DNA from: Fimbriosthenelais zetlandica
Lineage: Eukaryota
Reading direction: 5' to 3'
Assembly (NCBI GenBank): GCA_977030845.1
Contig: OZ365109.1
Coordinates: 16,430,001 to 16,494,000, forward strand
Length of the DNA: 64,000 bases
In this document: positions 61,801 to 64,000 of the stretch, in pieces
How positions within the stretch are numbered: position 1 is the first letter of the stretch
Layout of the letters: each line of letters starts with the position of its first letter
Translations under genes and position numbers: made by a program
Notes under the pieces: model-generated
The model's input: only the letters and a program-made list of their open reading frames with translations
Told to the model about the DNA's origin: nothing
Databases searched by the model: none

Positions 61801-62606
61801 TCTGCCCTAAGTCCATATTTTGTTAATGATACCCAGTAAGACGTTTTGACAGTCCTTATATCCTTTTGCAGTGAACATACTCCCTTTTATACTTTCAAGT
61901 TTGATCTCTTTGTGAAAGTGCAAGCTATATTGTATGCAGTAATGGAATCCAGTTAGAATTGTGAGGCGTCACAAAAAAGTGTCAACCCTAGATGAAATTA
62001 CACCCTTTAACCTCAAAATCTCGTGCTGGTAATCAGATTTGATTTGAAAGCATCCAGAATGTGTTTATTGCAAGAAGAAGATTTGTTGTTTCACAGAAAG
62101 AGAAATTAATAATTTGTCATTTAACATAGTCTCTATTTTGTGGTTGTCTGCTTTGGATGTCTTACAGAATTCAAGATTGCTTTAAGTGTCTTTTAGCATG
62201 AAAGATCAATGTAGTCAAGTATAATTCACAGAGTACAGAGACCTGTGCTTAAAGAAATCAGAATTAGCATCTTTTAAGCAACTGGCGATATTTTAATATA
62301 GAGGAACTCTTGATTTACCCAAATGAAGGTTTGGTACTTGCATGGAACTATTATTTTGATGTTATTCCTCCTAAAGAGTGGGAATAGCCTTCAGTCTATA
62401 CCAGGATTGTTTTGAAAAATGCGCCCGCAGAGAGTATTCTGGCTTTGTATACTACAACTTACAAAGATGTTTTATGATTCAGCGGTGTGGGACTGGTTTG
62501 GGCCCATGAATAGGCAAAACGTTTAGACTGTATACAGGCATTAGGTTGCTGTAGAATCACAGTGAGAAAACTAATGCTAAAGGAATACCGACACAGTATT
62601 TATTAA

Positions 62607-62954
62607 AGGGAAAAACACACTGTACCATGTAGGGGTTTATAAACAAAAAAAACATGAATTATTTATCCTGAAATACATTTGGTTAAAAAATATAGAATAT
62701 TTAGTAAGTTATTTCAAGAAAACATCTGTAGATCTGGGATCATATGACGTCATTCACGCTGTGGCAATGGAGATAGTAGGCCTATATATTCAGCAGAGGG
62801 CGCCACTGGCAATGTGAGTGACGTCATATGACCCCAGAACCCCAGATCTACAGATGTTACTAAACATTCTATATTTTCTATAATTGTATTTCAGGATAAA
62901 TAATTCAAGTTTTTTTTGCTTATTATCCCCTACATGATACTAGTGTTTCCCCGT
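62607..62954. mobile_element. ~350-bp palindromic MITE with TTAA flanks (Kolobok-like) in GPCR intron 3
   Basis: TTAA|AGGGAAAAACAC...GTGTTTCCCCGT|TTAA. Arms match over most of their length (ATTATTTATCCTGAAATACA, AACATCTGTAGATCTGGG, TCATATGACGTCA). Confidence 0.8.
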
Positions 62955-64000
62955 TTAAAAGCCAGGGGTACACGATTTTCTGCCAAATGATTGGTCAACA
63001 ATTTTTTTTTACACATCACATCAAAGGTGAACGAACACTCCTCATTTTCTATTTGTTTACTCCAGGTGTTTGTGTGTCACCCTCTTGGTATAGAGAGATT
63101 GTAGTGAGGGCGAAATATAGATTAGCATTTCAATACATTCTAATAATTATTGGCTATTTGGTTCCTCCTGTTCTTCCTGCATTCAATAGGCATGGCTTCC
63201 ATAAATCTTCTCTCTGATGCTTGACGTATATGCTCCCCCATCTTCTCTACAATTCTATCATGACTATATTATTGTTTTCTATTCTACTCACATCCCAATT
63301 AGTTATAAAAACAAATATTTTGAGCCCAGAGGACCTGTTGTAAGACAACAATATGGTCCATTTCTGTAGCCTGGCAAGCTCGCCAAACACTTGCTTTTTC
63401 CATGTTCAACTGTTATGCCTTATGGTCATACATGTATAAGGTGACATATCTTCTGTCACTCTGTTGTGAACCCATATGAAGTACATGAAGATTTGAAGCA
63501 GTACTATTTTACTACTTTTAGTTACTTTATCATTTTGTTGAACAGAAAACGAATCTTCATATCAAAACTTTAATAAAACAATTTTTGAGAGAGAAAATAT
63601 TGCAATTGATATTTTTGTTTCTCTGTTTACTTCCATTAAAATCCAAATTTGTATTTATTTGTCAATGTCCATATAAGCACTATCTGTTAATAAACACAAT
63701 GTAAATGAATATTATGATGGTCGATCTGGAAATAAGTCCTTTGGGGTCAAAATGTCTGTCCTTGAGTTGCCGTGTCCGAAACATTTACTGCTTCAGATTC
63801 AAGATCATTCTCCTACAGAAGTACTATCAGTGCCTATAGGTATAGCTGTAAAGAAGCTCCAAAATATGTATGTCTATACATAACAAATTGCATTACCTTG
63901 ATTACCAGAATCCCGATGACTAGTGCCTTTGAACGAATGCGCCTCCTTCGAGAAGCACCACATCGGAGAATGGGTTCAGGGTACCTCAAACCTCGCACAG

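Noticed and set aside
63909-64000. Next GPCR exon (TM1)
   Set aside because: The required phase-0 frame hits a stop (AAT CCC GAT GAC TAG), and the open frame is not hydrophobic.

Overview
AT-rich eukaryotic (metazoan, most likely marine invertebrate) genomic DNA, not prokaryotic. The one host gene I can reconstruct is the 5' part of a class B (secretin-family) GPCR on the + strand. Three phase-compatible exons (30614-30908, 55602-55724, 58733-58887) encode a signal peptide and a complete six-cysteine hormone-receptor domain most reminiscent of PDF receptors. The transmembrane exons lie beyond the window. The rest is mostly mobile or repetitive DNA: (i) an intact, poly(A)-tailed L2/CR1-group reverse transcriptase ORF with no endonuclease domain, preceded by a GC-rich self-complementary leader (3326-5535, -); (ii) two abutting tandem arrays (6819-11300) with inverted flanking motifs; (iii) three almost identical 1004-bp long-TIR, TA-flanked foldback MITEs, two of which bracket GPCR exon 1 and one of which sits inside a Tigger/pogo remnant; (iv) several smaller MITE families, a tRNA-derived SINE head and LINE debris; (v) a decayed multi-exon gene of unknown family lying antisense in GPCR intron 1. 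All alignments, translations and counts were done by eye, and family assignments come from remembered motifs, not database searches.
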